From an uncultured Gammaproteobacteria bacterium (lineage in GTDB: Bacteria > Pseudomonadota > Gammaproteobacteria > Steroidobacterales > Foliamicaceae): DNA of 64,000 nucleotides. The position numbers and the translations under genes are program-made. Below the pieces are notes generated by a model. The model saw only the letters and a list, made by a program, of their open reading frames with translations, searched no databases and was not told the origin of the DNA. Of the stretch, positions 1 through 9,436 are shown in pieces. Each line of letters starts with the position of its first letter. The first letter of the stretch is position 1. Location: contig OX639965.1 of the NCBI GenBank assembly GCA_951828235.1, forward strand, positions 2,458,129 to 2,522,128, written 5' to 3'.

Positions 1-564
1 AAGCCGGCCCAAGTCGCGAATGGCCGTCAGCGAGCGGACATCCTCGTCGATCAGGCGCGTTCGATACTGCCGCGCCCAGCGCCGCGCCCCGGTCTCGGCG
101 CCGCCGAGAAAAGGCTCGGGAAAGCCGCCGAGCCGCAACAGGTCGCTGAGGCCATCCACGTCGTGGATTCCGGCTTCCGCGACGGAGAACGGGTGCAGGC
201 GCAGCAGATGGTAGCGGCCCTGCAGCGAGTCACCGCCGAATCCGAAGAGCTCCAGCCGCCCGCTTCCCGTGACGAGTATCCGCTGACCCTCGCGGGCCAC
301 GTCGTAGAGTCCTTTGAGGTAGTTGCGCCACGCCCGGTATTTGTGTATTTCGTCGAACACCCAAAGATCGGCGTTCGGCAATTCACGGCGCAGAATGCGT
401 TCCCTGTCCGCGTCGGCATCCCAGTTCAGGTAGCCGGCCGATGCGTCGGGTAAGCTCCGCGCCAACGTTGTCTTGCCGACCTGACGGGGTCCCGTCACGA
501 AGACCATCTTGCGTTGGAGATCGGCGCGGACTTGAGGGGTCAGGTAACGCGGGGAGGCATCCAT
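1..564 (-). CDS. AAA+ ATPase of the COG1373/DUF4143 type (partial, 3' end beyond window start)
   Basis: Absent from the ORF track because no stop lies in the window. Reverse translation from ATG at 564 gives MDASPRYLTPQVRADLQRKMVFVTGPRQVGKTTLARSL...LWVFDEIHKY, with Walker A and a Walker B-like motif. Confidence 0.7.
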   Translation of the reverse strand, partial: MDASPRYLTPQVRADLQRKMVFVTGPRQVGKTTLARSLPDASAGYLNWDADADRERILRRELPNADLWVFDEIHKYRAWRNYLKGLYDVAREGQRILVTGSGRLELFGFGGDSLQGRYHLLRLHPFSVAEAGIHDVDGLSDLLRLGGFPEPFLGGAETGARRWARQYRTRLIDEDVRSLTAIRDLGRL

Positions 565-893
565 GAGGGAGATACCTTACGGTCTATTTCGACACAGGTC
601 AAATTTACTCGCGATTATTTTGGACTTTGATCCAAAATCTCGGTTCGAGAGTGGAGTCCCACCGTGCGTCAGCGGTTCATGGCGTCCATGACGTTTTTTC
701 TGAAGCGCTCCAGCGCCGGCTCAGGCGTCGCCGGGCTTGGGCATGCGGTAGCCCAGGCGGCGCTCGCCGAAGATATATTTCGGGTTCCGGGCGTCGGCGG
801 CGTGCTGGCCAACCTGTCCGGCACGGGGCGCGACCCGCGATAGCGCTGCAATGAGTTATATTTCTGACGCAACATTGCTGGGGTCAGCCAGCT

Positions 894-1328
894 ATGTATT
901 CCAAAACAACAAGAATCGCCGGAGCCTGTCATTGCGGGAATTTGTCCTTTGAGCTTAAGACGCGAAAGTCGATTGAAGACATTCAAGCTCGAGTTTGCGG
1001 TTGCAGTTTCTGCCGAATGCATGCGGCCAAGCACTGGTCCGATCCGGAAGGATTGGTCACCATATTCGTCGCGCAAGAGCGGCGCCTCCAGAAGTATCGC
1101 TTTGCTCTGAGGACGGCGGATTTCTATATATGCCGAGTTTGTGGGGCCTACCTGGGTGCGGCTTTTTCAGTTGACCAGAGCACCTGGTCGACACTTAATC
1201 TACAGCTGACTGAACTCCTGGTGGATGGGCGGGCGTGGAACTTTGACGCTGCCGAAGGGAAGAGAGGTCGAGTAGCCAGGCACAGGCGCGTCTGGACACC
1301 AACTACGATCGTGACCAGGGATGAATGA
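894..1328 (+). CDS. GFA-family (CENP-V/GFA zinc-binding fold) protein
   Basis: 144-aa ORF with Cys clusters ACHCGN, VCGCSFCRMH and CRVCG. Confidence 0.6.
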   Translation: MYSKTTRIAGACHCGNLSFELKTRKSIEDIQARVCGCSFCRMHAAKHWSDPEGLVTIFVAQERRLQKYRFALRTADFYICRVCGAYLGAAFSVDQSTWSTLNLQLTELLVDGRAWNFDAAEGKRGRVARHRRVWTPTTIVTRDE

Positions 1329-1362
1329 AATCTGCGGCTGTTTTCCTGCTCGGTTCTGAATC

Positions 1363-2055
1363 ATGAAATATCCCTATACCTGTACACGTGGAACCATTAC
1401 CTACGTCACCTCCGATGGCTACGAGTGCGGCCGCGAATGGTTTTCCTTGCACAGGCACGATCGCGGGCGGTTTGTCAGGGCGGTTTGTGAAATGGAGGAG
1501 GAAGGACTCTTGCGCGATGCCAGTTGGTCACTGGATGAGAACTGGCGACCTGTTGATGGTCACGTGCGCGTCGCCCTCGGCGGCAACGTCACAGGTTCCA
1601 CTTCTTATGCCTTCAATGGTTCCTCCGTTACCTGCCACGCGCTCACCGATACCCATGGCCAGGTTTCGCTCGTGAAACAAAGCGCCACGGCCTACGAATT
1701 CCTGGGTTTGCACTCATTGATCTGCGACGGACTGCTAACCGCGGCCCGGGGCAGGAATGACATTAACAAGGAACGCAGCATCAATAGCATCACTTGTTCC
1801 TATTCGCTGCACGGAGAGGAAGGGCTCCTCGCTTTCCCCATAGACATTGGCGTGACTTATTTGGGGGAAGAACGCCTCACCGTTGCGGCGGGCGAGTTTG
1901 ATGCGCATAAGTTTCATGTGCGTTGGCGGCCTGAATGGACACCGGCGGCAATTTGGGTCTGGGGTGAGGACTACATCTTTCTCAAGAGCATGTGGGAGGT
2001 TTCCGGACTGACCTGTGAGCTGACTTCCCTGGAGGTTGTGCCTCCAATTACTTAG
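1363..2055 (+). CDS. hypothetical protein
   Basis: 230-aa ORF with protein-like composition. No motif recognised. Confidence 0.45.
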   Translation: MKYPYTCTRGTITYVTSDGYECGREWFSLHRHDRGRFVRAVCEMEEEGLLRDASWSLDENWRPVDGHVRVALGGNVTGSTSYAFNGSSVTCHALTDTHGQVSLVKQSATAYEFLGLHSLICDGLLTAARGRNDINKERSINSITCSYSLHGEEGLLAFPIDIGVTYLGEERLTVAAGEFDAHKFHVRWRPEWTPAAIWVWGEDYIFLKSMWEVSGLTCELTSLEVVPPIT

Positions 2056-2262
2056 TTCTGTGCGCTTGCTCTCGTGTCATCGCCCGTCGGCAGCTTGCAA
2101 TGCCTCAATGAACGCTGCCTGATCTTCCAGGCTCAGCAGCACCGTCGTGCCGTCGTTCAGCGGCAAACTGGCCACCGATGAGCGGTCGCATCAATCGGGA
2201 TGATGGGGAATCTCATCGCGGAACCTGTAATTTCGCCTTGGCCTCAGCCTTCAGGATGAGCC

Positions 2263-2772
2263 CTAATATATCGCCAGTGCGTCTTGGGCGTCGCGCCATT
2301 GGGCGCGTAGCGTTTCCTTGCTTTCCGGCTCTGTGTCGAAGCACACGCTGCCTTCGAGCAGCGGCGTGATCCAGCCCTGCGCGCTTTTTGTCCATAGATG
2401 ACAGGTTGGCATGACGCGCGAGGTTTCGTCCAGAGTGCCGGCCTTGATGCTCAACGCCTCCTTTCCCACGGTGCGGGTTCCGCCGCCCGCGTGATAGATG
2501 CGGGTGCCGCAATTCTCGCAAAACGCACACAATTTCTCTCTTCCCGAACCTCCATGCGTGTGGTAGATGCGCGGCTCCGCGCCGGTAAATTCGATCGCAT
2601 CGCGCTCTATCCACATGGACAGACCGAAGGCGCTTGAAGATTGTTTCTGGCAGTCCCGGCAATGGCAGGCATACAGCGCGACCGGCGCTCGCAACAGGCG
2701 GTAGCGAATTGCTCCGCATTGGCAGCCGCCCTCCTGTCCAGGTTCGATGGGCTTTCGTTTGTCTTTGTGCAT
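2263..2772 (-). CDS. GFA-family protein
   Basis: Motifs GGCQCGAIRY, CHCRDCQKQS and CENCGTRIYH. Start placed at MHKDKRK (ATG 2772) rather than the ORF-track start at 2838. Confidence 0.65.
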   Translation of the reverse strand: MHKDKRKPIEPGQEGGCQCGAIRYRLLRAPVALYACHCRDCQKQSSSAFGLSMWIERDAIEFTGAEPRIYHTHGGSGREKLCAFCENCGTRIYHAGGGTRTVGKEALSIKAGTLDETSRVMPTCHLWTKSAQGWITPLLEGSVCFDTEPESKETLRAQWRDAQDALAIY

Positions 2773-2882
2773 GGCTCGCTTCTCCTGAGAACTGGAAGCG
2801 TAACAAGGCGGGCCGGCTGATATGATCCGTTTCCCCAATTCCCGTGGATCGAAATCCAGGGTCAGGACAAGAGGGACACGTC

Positions 2883-3830
2883 ATGACAACGACGCGCAGA
2901 GACACACTCAAGTACACCGGGGCCGCGATTGCGGCCATGTCCGGGAGCCGCGCCGCCTCCGCCGCGACCCGGGCGGAAGGCAATCCCTACGCGGTCCGGT
3001 CCGGACCCATGCCGGTGCCCTATGTGCCGAGGCGCGGCTATGCGGACGGGCCCTACGGCCAGGTGCACTTTCGCGACACGGGCGAAGGCAGGCCCCTGAT
3101 TCTGTGTCCCCAGGCGCCCCAGACTTCGCGCCAGTTCGAGAACGTGTACGAACCGCTGGCGCGCCGTGGAATCCGGGCCATCGGCGTAGATTCGCCCGGC
3201 TTCGGCGAATCGGACCCCACGCCCTTCGTGCCCACGGCCAGCGACTGGGCCGAGGCGGTGCCTGCCGTGCTCGACCTGCTGGGCATCGATCAGGCCGACG
3301 TGCTCGGCCACCACACCGGCAGCATGGTGGCGACGGAAACGGCCATCCTCTTTCCGGAAAGAGTGAAAAAGCTGATCGTCAACGGTCCCTTGCCGGTAAG
3401 CGAGGAAGAACGCCGCAATTTCCTCAAGTTCGTCGAGGAAGGCGAGATCAACTTCGTGTACGAGCACGACGGCAGTCATATGCAGGAAGCTTTCGCCACC
3501 CGTTATCGCATGTACGCCGACGGCGGCGCGACGCCCGACCCGAAAACCATCACCCGCTATACGGTGGAGCGGTTCCAGGGTTATGCGCCGTTCTGGACGG
3601 GTCACCACGCCGCCTTCATCTACGATCACAATGCAGCGCTTGAGCAGGTCATGGCGCCGACCATGATTCTCACCAATACGGGCGATCAGATCTATGAAAA
3701 CGCCAGGCTGGCCGCGCGGATTCGTCCCGACTTCGACTATGTGGAATTGCAAGGCGGCGGAATCGACATCGTCGATCAGATGCCCGAAGAGTGGGCCGAC
3801 GCGGTGGTGGGCTTTCTTACAAAGGCCTGA
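2883..3830 (+). CDS. alpha/beta-fold hydrolase with twin-arginine signal
   Basis: Leader MTTTRRDTLKYTGAAIAAMSGSRAASA. Motif GVDSPGFGES and nucleophile elbow GHHTGS. Confidence 0.65.
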   Translation: MTTTRRDTLKYTGAAIAAMSGSRAASAATRAEGNPYAVRSGPMPVPYVPRRGYADGPYGQVHFRDTGEGRPLILCPQAPQTSRQFENVYEPLARRGIRAIGVDSPGFGESDPTPFVPTASDWAEAVPAVLDLLGIDQADVLGHHTGSMVATETAILFPERVKKLIVNGPLPVSEEERRNFLKFVEEGEINFVYEHDGSHMQEAFATRYRMYADGGATPDPKTITRYTVERFQGYAPFWTGHHAAFIYDHNAALEQVMAPTMILTNTGDQIYENARLAARIRPDFDYVELQGGGIDIVDQMPEEWADAVVGFLTKA

Positions 3831-3992
3831 AGGCCGTGTATTATTCGCCGGTCGCCGGCCCGCTTGGTCCGGTAATGCACGTCTCGGATTTGACCACGAG
3901 GGGGCTTGTTCGCCGGAACAGGTAGCGGTTGGCCGGGACAAACCAGCATCAAATGGCCGTCGGGCCTTATTGGTTTCTATGAGGGGATACTT

Positions 3993-6422
3993 ATGAGAAC
4001 GCGGAATCTGCTTGCGGCGTCAATTATGGGCTTGATGGCTTTGCCGGTTGCGCAGAGCGCCCTGGCGCAAGAGGCTTCTTTGGAGGAAATTGTCGTTACC
4101 GCCCGGAAGCGGGAAGAAAACATATACGAAATTCCGATCTCGGTGTCGGCAATGTCGCAGGACCAGTTGGAACAGGCCGGCGTCGGCGATTTCCATGAGC
4201 TGTCAAAGCTCGTTCCGGGCCTGGACTTTCATGGCGTCACCGCGACAGCCGGACGCGTCAATCCGCAAATCCGCATCCGCGGAATGAACCAGCAGATCAT
4301 TACGCCCTCGACCCAGGTGGGCGCCCTGTTTTGGGACGGGTCTTATATCGCTGCCGGCGGCGGCTTTTTGCCGATCACGGACGTGGAGCGCGTTGAAGTC
4401 ATCAAGGGCCCGCAAACCGCGTACTTCGGGCGTAACACCTTTTCCGGCGCCATCAACTATGTGCCCCGGCTTCCCGGAGACGAGTGGGAAGCGGACGTGA
4501 CGCTTCAATATTCGCCTTCCCAGAATGATGAGTACATCCTTGCCGTCGGTATAGGAGGTCCGATAACGGACAGGGTGGGCCTGCGCCTTTATGCCGGTTA
4601 CGAGCAGAATGCCGGAGATTTCGATTTTCAGGACGGCACGCCCTTCGGTGTTCAGAAGGACCTCACCTTCAACGGTACGCTGACAATTGACGTAACGGAA
4701 GACTTTCGCCTGAAACTGACCGGATACTACGTGGACGCGGAGGATAGCGGCGTCAACGGCGGTGTCGATTCAAGGTTTCACGGCACTCCGACCAGTGAAT
4801 GTGGCATCGTTTACACAGGCGAGTACCTGAATCCGGCCTCGCGCGAAACGACTCCCTTTACCCGTACTATCGCCACCGATTTCGGCGGGTCCCACTTGTG
4901 GTGTGGCAAATACCCCGACGGCGAGCACTTGCAGTTCGGAATAACACAGACACCTGAGGGCTACTTCCCGGGCGGCCAGATACTTGGCGGTCGTGTTCTT
5001 GACGAAATTCACCCTCTGCTCAGGGAATACGACATCCTGAAGACACCGCCAAACAAGTTGGGTGGATTCAACCGGACCTACCGCGTTCAATTGAGCGGCG
5101 AGTATGACGTTGCCGATCACACACTGTCGTTCCAGGCTTCGCGCGCGGACACGGGAACCATTAACAACGTGGACTTCTGGTATGGCATTCCAACAGTCCC
5201 CGGCACGTCCTTTGTTGTTGGGACTCAGATTGCCACGCAGGAAACCTACTACGAGGTCCGGGTCGCCTCGCCGCAAGATCAAAGGCTACGGTATCTCGTT
5301 GGCATCAGCGACTATGACCAGCGCTATCGGGCCGGCTGGGTCCCGACCCGGCCGCAGCTGGATCCGAACTCGCCTGTCGGCGCAAGGGTGGACTTTCAGG
5401 ACAATGGGACCACGGCGCTGTTCGCATCGGTTGACTACGACCTCACCGAAGATCTGACACTGTCGGCGGAAGCCCGCTACACCGATGAAGAAGCGATAGC
5501 CGTCCTGCTGGGCAATAACTCCAATGCCCCCTGTTCATTCGCGACCGTGTGTGGTGAAGTGAACGAATACACCGATTTCATTCCCAGGGTGATTCTCAGC
5601 TATAAGCCGTTTGACGGGGCAACCACCTACTTCAGTTACTCCTACAGTTCCCTGCTCGGTGTTGCGACGCAGGCCGGGTTAGTCAACAGTGTTGCGCCGG
5701 AGGTCATCCCTGACGACCAGTTGGACGCGCTGGGCCTGTACACGGCACCCCAGGAGAACACGCAGTATGAGATCGGCTGGAAGCAACAGACGGACAACTG
5801 GGGCATTACCGCTGCCGTCTTTTACATTGACTGGAAAAACCAACCCTTCGCGTCCGTCATTCTGCTTCCCACAGGCGGAACGACGTCCTTCCGGGGACCA
5901 GGTAATTCCGAATACACGGGCGTCGATCTGGAAGTGCAGGGCAACCTGACGGACTGGTTCAGCATTCGCGGCACGCTCACTTATGTGGACGCGATCATGA
6001 CTTCGTTCTCTTCGCGTGGGTCGAATGAGTTCATAGTGCTCGGATCGGGCGGCTTGTCAGTCGTCAACGATGGCAATGAGGCGCGCAACACGCCGAAATG
6101 GACGGCGTCGTTAAGCCCGACCATTCTCAGTGAATTCGCCGGACGGGAACTCTTCTTCCGCACGGATTTCTTCTACGAGAGCCCGAAGTGGGCGGATTAC
6201 TCGGAATTCAACCGAACGAAATCGATTTTCCGAATCAATGCCCGCGTGGGAGTCGATCTGACCGAAAACAGCACCGTGGAAGTTTTTGGTACAAACTTGA
6301 CGGACAATAAAGTCCTGCCCAACACCAACGGAACGACCAGTGGTCCCGGCGGCAGCCGCAAGGCTTTCACGGCGGGCTACCAGAGGCGGGAATTTGGTGT
6401 GCGTCTGAGAGCGTCCTTCTGA
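3993..6422 (+). CDS. TonB-dependent outer-membrane receptor
   Basis: GAGGGGA RBS upstream of ATG 3993, followed by a signal peptide. Plug motifs EEIVVTARKREENIYEIPISVSAM and VEVIKGPQTAYFGRNTFSGAINYV. C-terminal aromatic residue (...RLRASF). Confidence 0.85.
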   Translation: MRTRNLLAASIMGLMALPVAQSALAQEASLEEIVVTARKREENIYEIPISVSAMSQDQLEQAGVGDFHELSKLVPGLDFHGVTATAGRVNPQIRIRGMNQQIITPSTQVGALFWDGSYIAAGGGFLPITDVERVEVIKGPQTAYFGRNTFSGAINYVPRLPGDEWEADVTLQYSPSQNDEYILAVGIGGPITDRVGLRLYAGYEQNAGDFDFQDGTPFGVQKDLTFNGTLTIDVTEDFRLKLTGYYVDAEDSGVNGGVDSRFHGTPTSECGIVYTGEYLNPASRETTPFTRTIATDFGGSHLWCGKYPDGEHLQFGITQTPEGYFPGGQILGGRVLDEIHPLLREYDILKTPPNKLGGFNRTYRVQLSGEYDVADHTLSFQASRADTGTINNVDFWYGIPTVPGTSFVVGTQIATQETYYEVRVASPQDQRLRYLVGISDYDQRYRAGWVPTRPQLDPNSPVGARVDFQDNGTTALFASVDYDLTEDLTLSAEARYTDEEAIAVLLGNNSNAPCSFATVCGEVNEYTDFIPRVILSYKPFDGATTYFSYSYSSLLGVATQAGLVNSVAPEVIPDDQLDALGLYTAPQENTQYEIGWKQQTDNWGITAAVFYIDWKNQPFASVILLPTGGTTSFRGPGNSEYTGVDLEVQGNLTDWFSIRGTLTYVDAIMTSFSSRGSNEFIVLGSGGLSVVNDGNEARNTPKWTASLSPTILSEFAGRELFFRTDFFYESPKWADYSEFNRTKSIFRINARVGVDLTENSTVEVFGTNLTDNKVLPNTNGTTSGPGGSRKAFTAGYQRREFGVRLRASF

Positions 6423-6435
6423 TCTTCGGCTTCCT

Positions 6436-6467
6436 GGACTCAGGACGGGCATGCCTGTCCTGAGTCC
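6436..6467. terminator. long hairpin between convergent genes
   Basis: Inverted repeat GGACTCAGGACGGGCAT/ATGCCTGTCCTGAGTCC with one mismatch. No T-run follows. Confidence 0.4.
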
Positions 6468-6521
6468 CTGGGCCGCCGGATCGGGGTTGCACGGGCGATT
6501 TGCGCTCGGTGCTGGCTGCTC

Positions 6522-6899
6522 CTAAATTCGGGCGCCAAGCCGCGAATTGAGCAGAAAGAGGACCGATGGGACCGCGAACAGGATCGGCAGCACTGTGTCT
6601 CCCTTGAATATGCCTGCCTGAATCAGGACTGCCGTGGCGAGCAGCAACAGCGCGGTCAGGGCAATGACGCCCCTGGCGATGGTCGCCGGACGGCCCGCGG
6701 GGATTCTCCTGAACGAAGCCTGGAATATCAGCACGATCGAGGCCGGGTGCAGCAGGTAGAGGGTCAGCAGGACCGTGACCAGTTCTAAGCTGAACCCGCC
6801 GAATCCCTGTATGGCAAACAGCATGACGGGAAAAATGAGCGCGGCCAGGCCGGCTGTCACCAGCGTCAAGACCCGCAAGACCCTTTCGACGAATTTCAC
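6522..6899 (-). CDS. small integral membrane protein
   Basis: Only the last 125 codons of ORF 6522..7475 are hydrophobic and protein-like. GTG at 6899 overlaps the upstream stop (GTGA). Confidence 0.5.
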   Translation of the reverse strand: MKFVERVLRVLTLVTAGLAALIFPVMLFAIQGFGGFSLELVTVLLTLYLLHPASIVLIFQASFRRIPAGRPATIARGVIALTALLLLATAVLIQAGIFKGDTVLPILFAVPSVLFLLNSRLGARI

Positions 6900-8257
6900 G
6901 ACGCTTTCCTGAAGCGCCAGCCGTACATCATTCGCCCGTAGAAATTGAACCACTTTTTCGCTTCGGCGTCTTCGAAGGGGTAGTCGGCGCCGAGCTGCCT
7001 GGCCGTAACAAGGCCGGTCACGAAGCAGGTTTCCTGGCTGTTGATCAGCGTGTGGGCGCCGCAGTGCCAGCTTCGCCGCTTGCCCTGGATGAAGCGGAAC
7101 AGGTGGATCAGGAAGGCGATGTGGCGCACGTCGTGCACGACGTGCTGAAACCACCATTTCTTGATGATCTTGCTTTCGTCGATCGGGCTGTTCGCGTTGT
7201 AGGTCACCAGGCAGGGCTTGTCCGAACGTTTCGCCCAGGGTTGCTGGTTGTGCATGATGTAGGTGATTTCGTAGTTGTCGGGCCTCGCGCCGTACTGCTC
7301 GATGTGGTTGCTGCGCGTGTCGAGCGCCCTGACGTCGCTGTCGGGGAGCACCGAAGCGTCGGAGTGAACGACGGTGTGGTTGTGCAGTTCGCTCTCGTAG
7401 CGAATCGAAGAGAGAACGGAGCCTTCCATGAAGGTCGGGTCGTGCAGCATCATCAGCGTCTGATTGGCGTTGCACGCGAACACGACGTCGTCGAAGGTCT
7501 CCGCCTTGCCGTTCTCGTCCTCTACCACGACTTCGGACGGGCGCCGGTACACTTTTCGGACGGGCCGGTTCAGGTAAATCCTGTCTTCAAAGTCGCGCGA
7601 GAGCGCCTGATAGATGCGTCGCGTGCCCTGATCCCAGGTCTTCATGGGCGTTGCCGCTTCGATATCGAAGAACTGCAGGTAGCGGGAGAACAGCGACGCG
7701 GGCATGTCGAACACGTTTGTCGCCATCAGGAAGTTGACGAACATGGGTTTGAGGATCTTGTAGCGGAAGTCTCCTGAATACCGGCCCCAGTTGAGCACCG
7801 TGCCCATGCTGACGTAGTTGAAGGGGTTGAGCGCATTGAGCACTCTGGACCGGGTGTTGTTGACCCGTCCGAACCGGTGCAGGCGTCTCAGAAGCTTTTG
7901 GAATCTCTCGATTTCCGGCTGCAGTTCCCGACGGATGTCGGAATCAAAGTCATGCGCATAGACCCCACCGTGATACTTCACGCTGTAGCTGAACCGCGTG
8001 TCGATGAGTTCGATGCCGTGCTGCTCCATGACCAGCAGAATGTGCTGGTAAACGGAGGGAATCAGCGCGGTGACGGAGATGTCGAACGGGATCGAACTGC
8101 CGTCGTCCTGCGGCATGTCGGCGGTCACGGCATTGCCGCCCACCTGGGCCTGCGCTTCGTATACGCGGAAATCGAAGCGCTCGGGATGCCGGCTAAGCGC
8201 CCACGCTACTCCCAGTCCCGAGACCCCGGCACCGATTATCGCGATCCTTCTCGGCAT
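6896..8257 (-). CDS. NAD(P)/FAD-dependent oxidoreductase (amine-oxidase-like, COG2907 type)
   Basis: N-terminal dinucleotide-binding motif RIAIIGAGVSGLGVAWAL. Start at ATG 8257. Confidence 0.7.
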   Translation of the reverse strand: MPRRIAIIGAGVSGLGVAWALSRHPERFDFRVYEAQAQVGGNAVTADMPQDDGSSIPFDISVTALIPSVYQHILLVMEQHGIELIDTRFSYSVKYHGGVYAHDFDSDIRRELQPEIERFQKLLRRLHRFGRVNNTRSRVLNALNPFNYVSMGTVLNWGRYSGDFRYKILKPMFVNFLMATNVFDMPASLFSRYLQFFDIEAATPMKTWDQGTRRIYQALSRDFEDRIYLNRPVRKVYRRPSEVVVEDENGKAETFDDVVFACNANQTLMMLHDPTFMEGSVLSSIRYESELHNHTVVHSDASVLPDSDVRALDTRSNHIEQYGARPDNYEITYIMHNQQPWAKRSDKPCLVTYNANSPIDESKIIKKWWFQHVVHDVRHIAFLIHLFRFIQGKRRSWHCGAHTLINSQETCFVTGLVTARQLGADYPFEDAEAKKWFNFYGRMMYGWRFRKAS

Positions 8258-8332
8258 TCCCCCGCCTCGGACTGTTCTTCTTCCGTACTTTAGCATCCTG
8301 CCGGGCAATCAACTATATGATTTCCTCCCGTT

Positions 8333-9436
8333 ATGTCCGAATTGACAACGATGCAGGCCGTCGCCGGGTTTCTTACGCCGACCGCCCTGTTCGCGCTGTT
8401 GCTGGCGTTGCACGTGGCGCTGCCCGCGATCCGCGTGCGTGGCTATGCGCACGGCAAGGTTGCGGGAACGCCGCCCCATTACCGGCTGAACGGGCTCCTG
8501 GTGTTTGTCGCCGCGCTGGTGATCTGGGGCCTGGAACTGACCTCCGCGCCCCTGGATTGGCTCTGGCGGGTCAAGTGGCACGCGCTTGCCGGGGCAGTGG
8601 CCCTCAGCGTCGCGGTGTCGGCCTGGATTGTGCTGCGCGCGCCCCGGGACGAGCGCGGGCTTGTCGTGCAGTGGATCGAGGGCCGTTCCTACAACGTGCA
8701 ATTGGGGGGGCGCGTCGACGCGAAGATGTTCCTCTACGTTTTCGGCGGCACCCTGCTTGCGCTGAACGCCGTGGCCGGCGCCGCGTACCACTACGGCCAG
8801 TACGGAGCGGCCGCGAACGTCGGTTTGTTCCTGCATTCGGCGATGTGGGTATGGTTTGTCGCGGACTATTTCTGTTTCGAGCGCGTCCAGCTGTTCACCT
8901 TCGACATCTTCGAGGAGCGACTGGGCCTGAAGCTGATCGGCGGCTGTATCGTCGTCTATCCCTGCCTGTATCCGATGGCGCTGTGGGGGACCGCGGGGTT
9001 GCCGGCGCCCGACATCGACCCTTCGCTGAACCCCCTGTGGCTCGGCGGTTCGGCGGCGGTATTCCTGGTTGGCTGGATGATTTCGCGCGGCGCGAACTCC
9101 CAGAAATACCTGTTCAAGCGCGTGCCCGAGCGCGCCTTCCTGGGGCTGATCAAGCCCGCTACCGTCACTGACGGCAAGCGCAGCCTGCTGTGCAGCGGCT
9201 TTTGGGGCGCCGCGCGCCACATGAACTACACCGGGGAGATCCTGGAGGCCCTCGGTATGGCGCTGGCGTTGGGACACTTCACGAGTTTCTGGTCCTGGAT
9301 CTACTTCGTCTACCTGACTATCTTCTTCGTCTCCCGCGAGCGCATCGACGAGCGCCGCTGCGCCGCCAAGTACGGCGACTTGTGGACGGAATACCGGGCG
9401 AAGACCCGCTATCGCCTGGTTCCCGGAGTCTATTGA
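8333..9436 (+). CDS. ERG4/ERG24-family (sterol-reductase-like) polytopic membrane protein
   Basis: C-terminal signature GFWGAARHMNYTGEIL...SRERIDERRCAAKYGDLWTEYRAKTRYRLVPGVY. Multiple hydrophobic segments. Confidence 0.7.
   Translation: MSELTTMQAVAGFLTPTALFALLLALHVALPAIRVRGYAHGKVAGTPPHYRLNGLLVFVAALVIWGLELTSAPLDWLWRVKWHALAGAVALSVAVSAWIVLRAPRDERGLVVQWIEGRSYNVQLGGRVDAKMFLYVFGGTLLALNAVAGAAYHYGQYGAAANVGLFLHSAMWVWFVADYFCFERVQLFTFDIFEERLGLKLIGGCIVVYPCLYPMALWGTAGLPAPDIDPSLNPLWLGGSAAVFLVGWMISRGANSQKYLFKRVPERAFLGLIKPATVTDGKRSLLCSGFWGAARHMNYTGEILEALGMALALGHFTSFWSWIYFVYLTIFFVSRERIDERRCAAKYGDLWTEYRAKTRYRLVPGVY

Noticed and set aside
690-830. Minus-strand frame reading ..NPKYIFGERRLGYRMPKPGDA, reminiscent of the end of an OmpR-type winged-helix domain. 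ORF 669..1076 overlaps it.
   Set aside because: The frame has only about 40 codons with a stop just upstream and no receiver or DNA-binding core. That is too little for a call.
2066-2262. Possible remnant of a DUF1778/TacA-like antitoxin on the minus strand (..ILKAEAKAKLQ.. and ..VLLSLEDQAAFIEALQAAD..).
   Set aside because: The two pieces are in different frames and the similarity is a loose pattern only. No partner toxin gene is present.
3831-3992. Riboswitch (cobalamin or TPP) upstream of the TonB-dependent receptor gene.
   Set aside because: I saw no B12-box or TPP core sequences. The same holds for the leader at 56838-56901.
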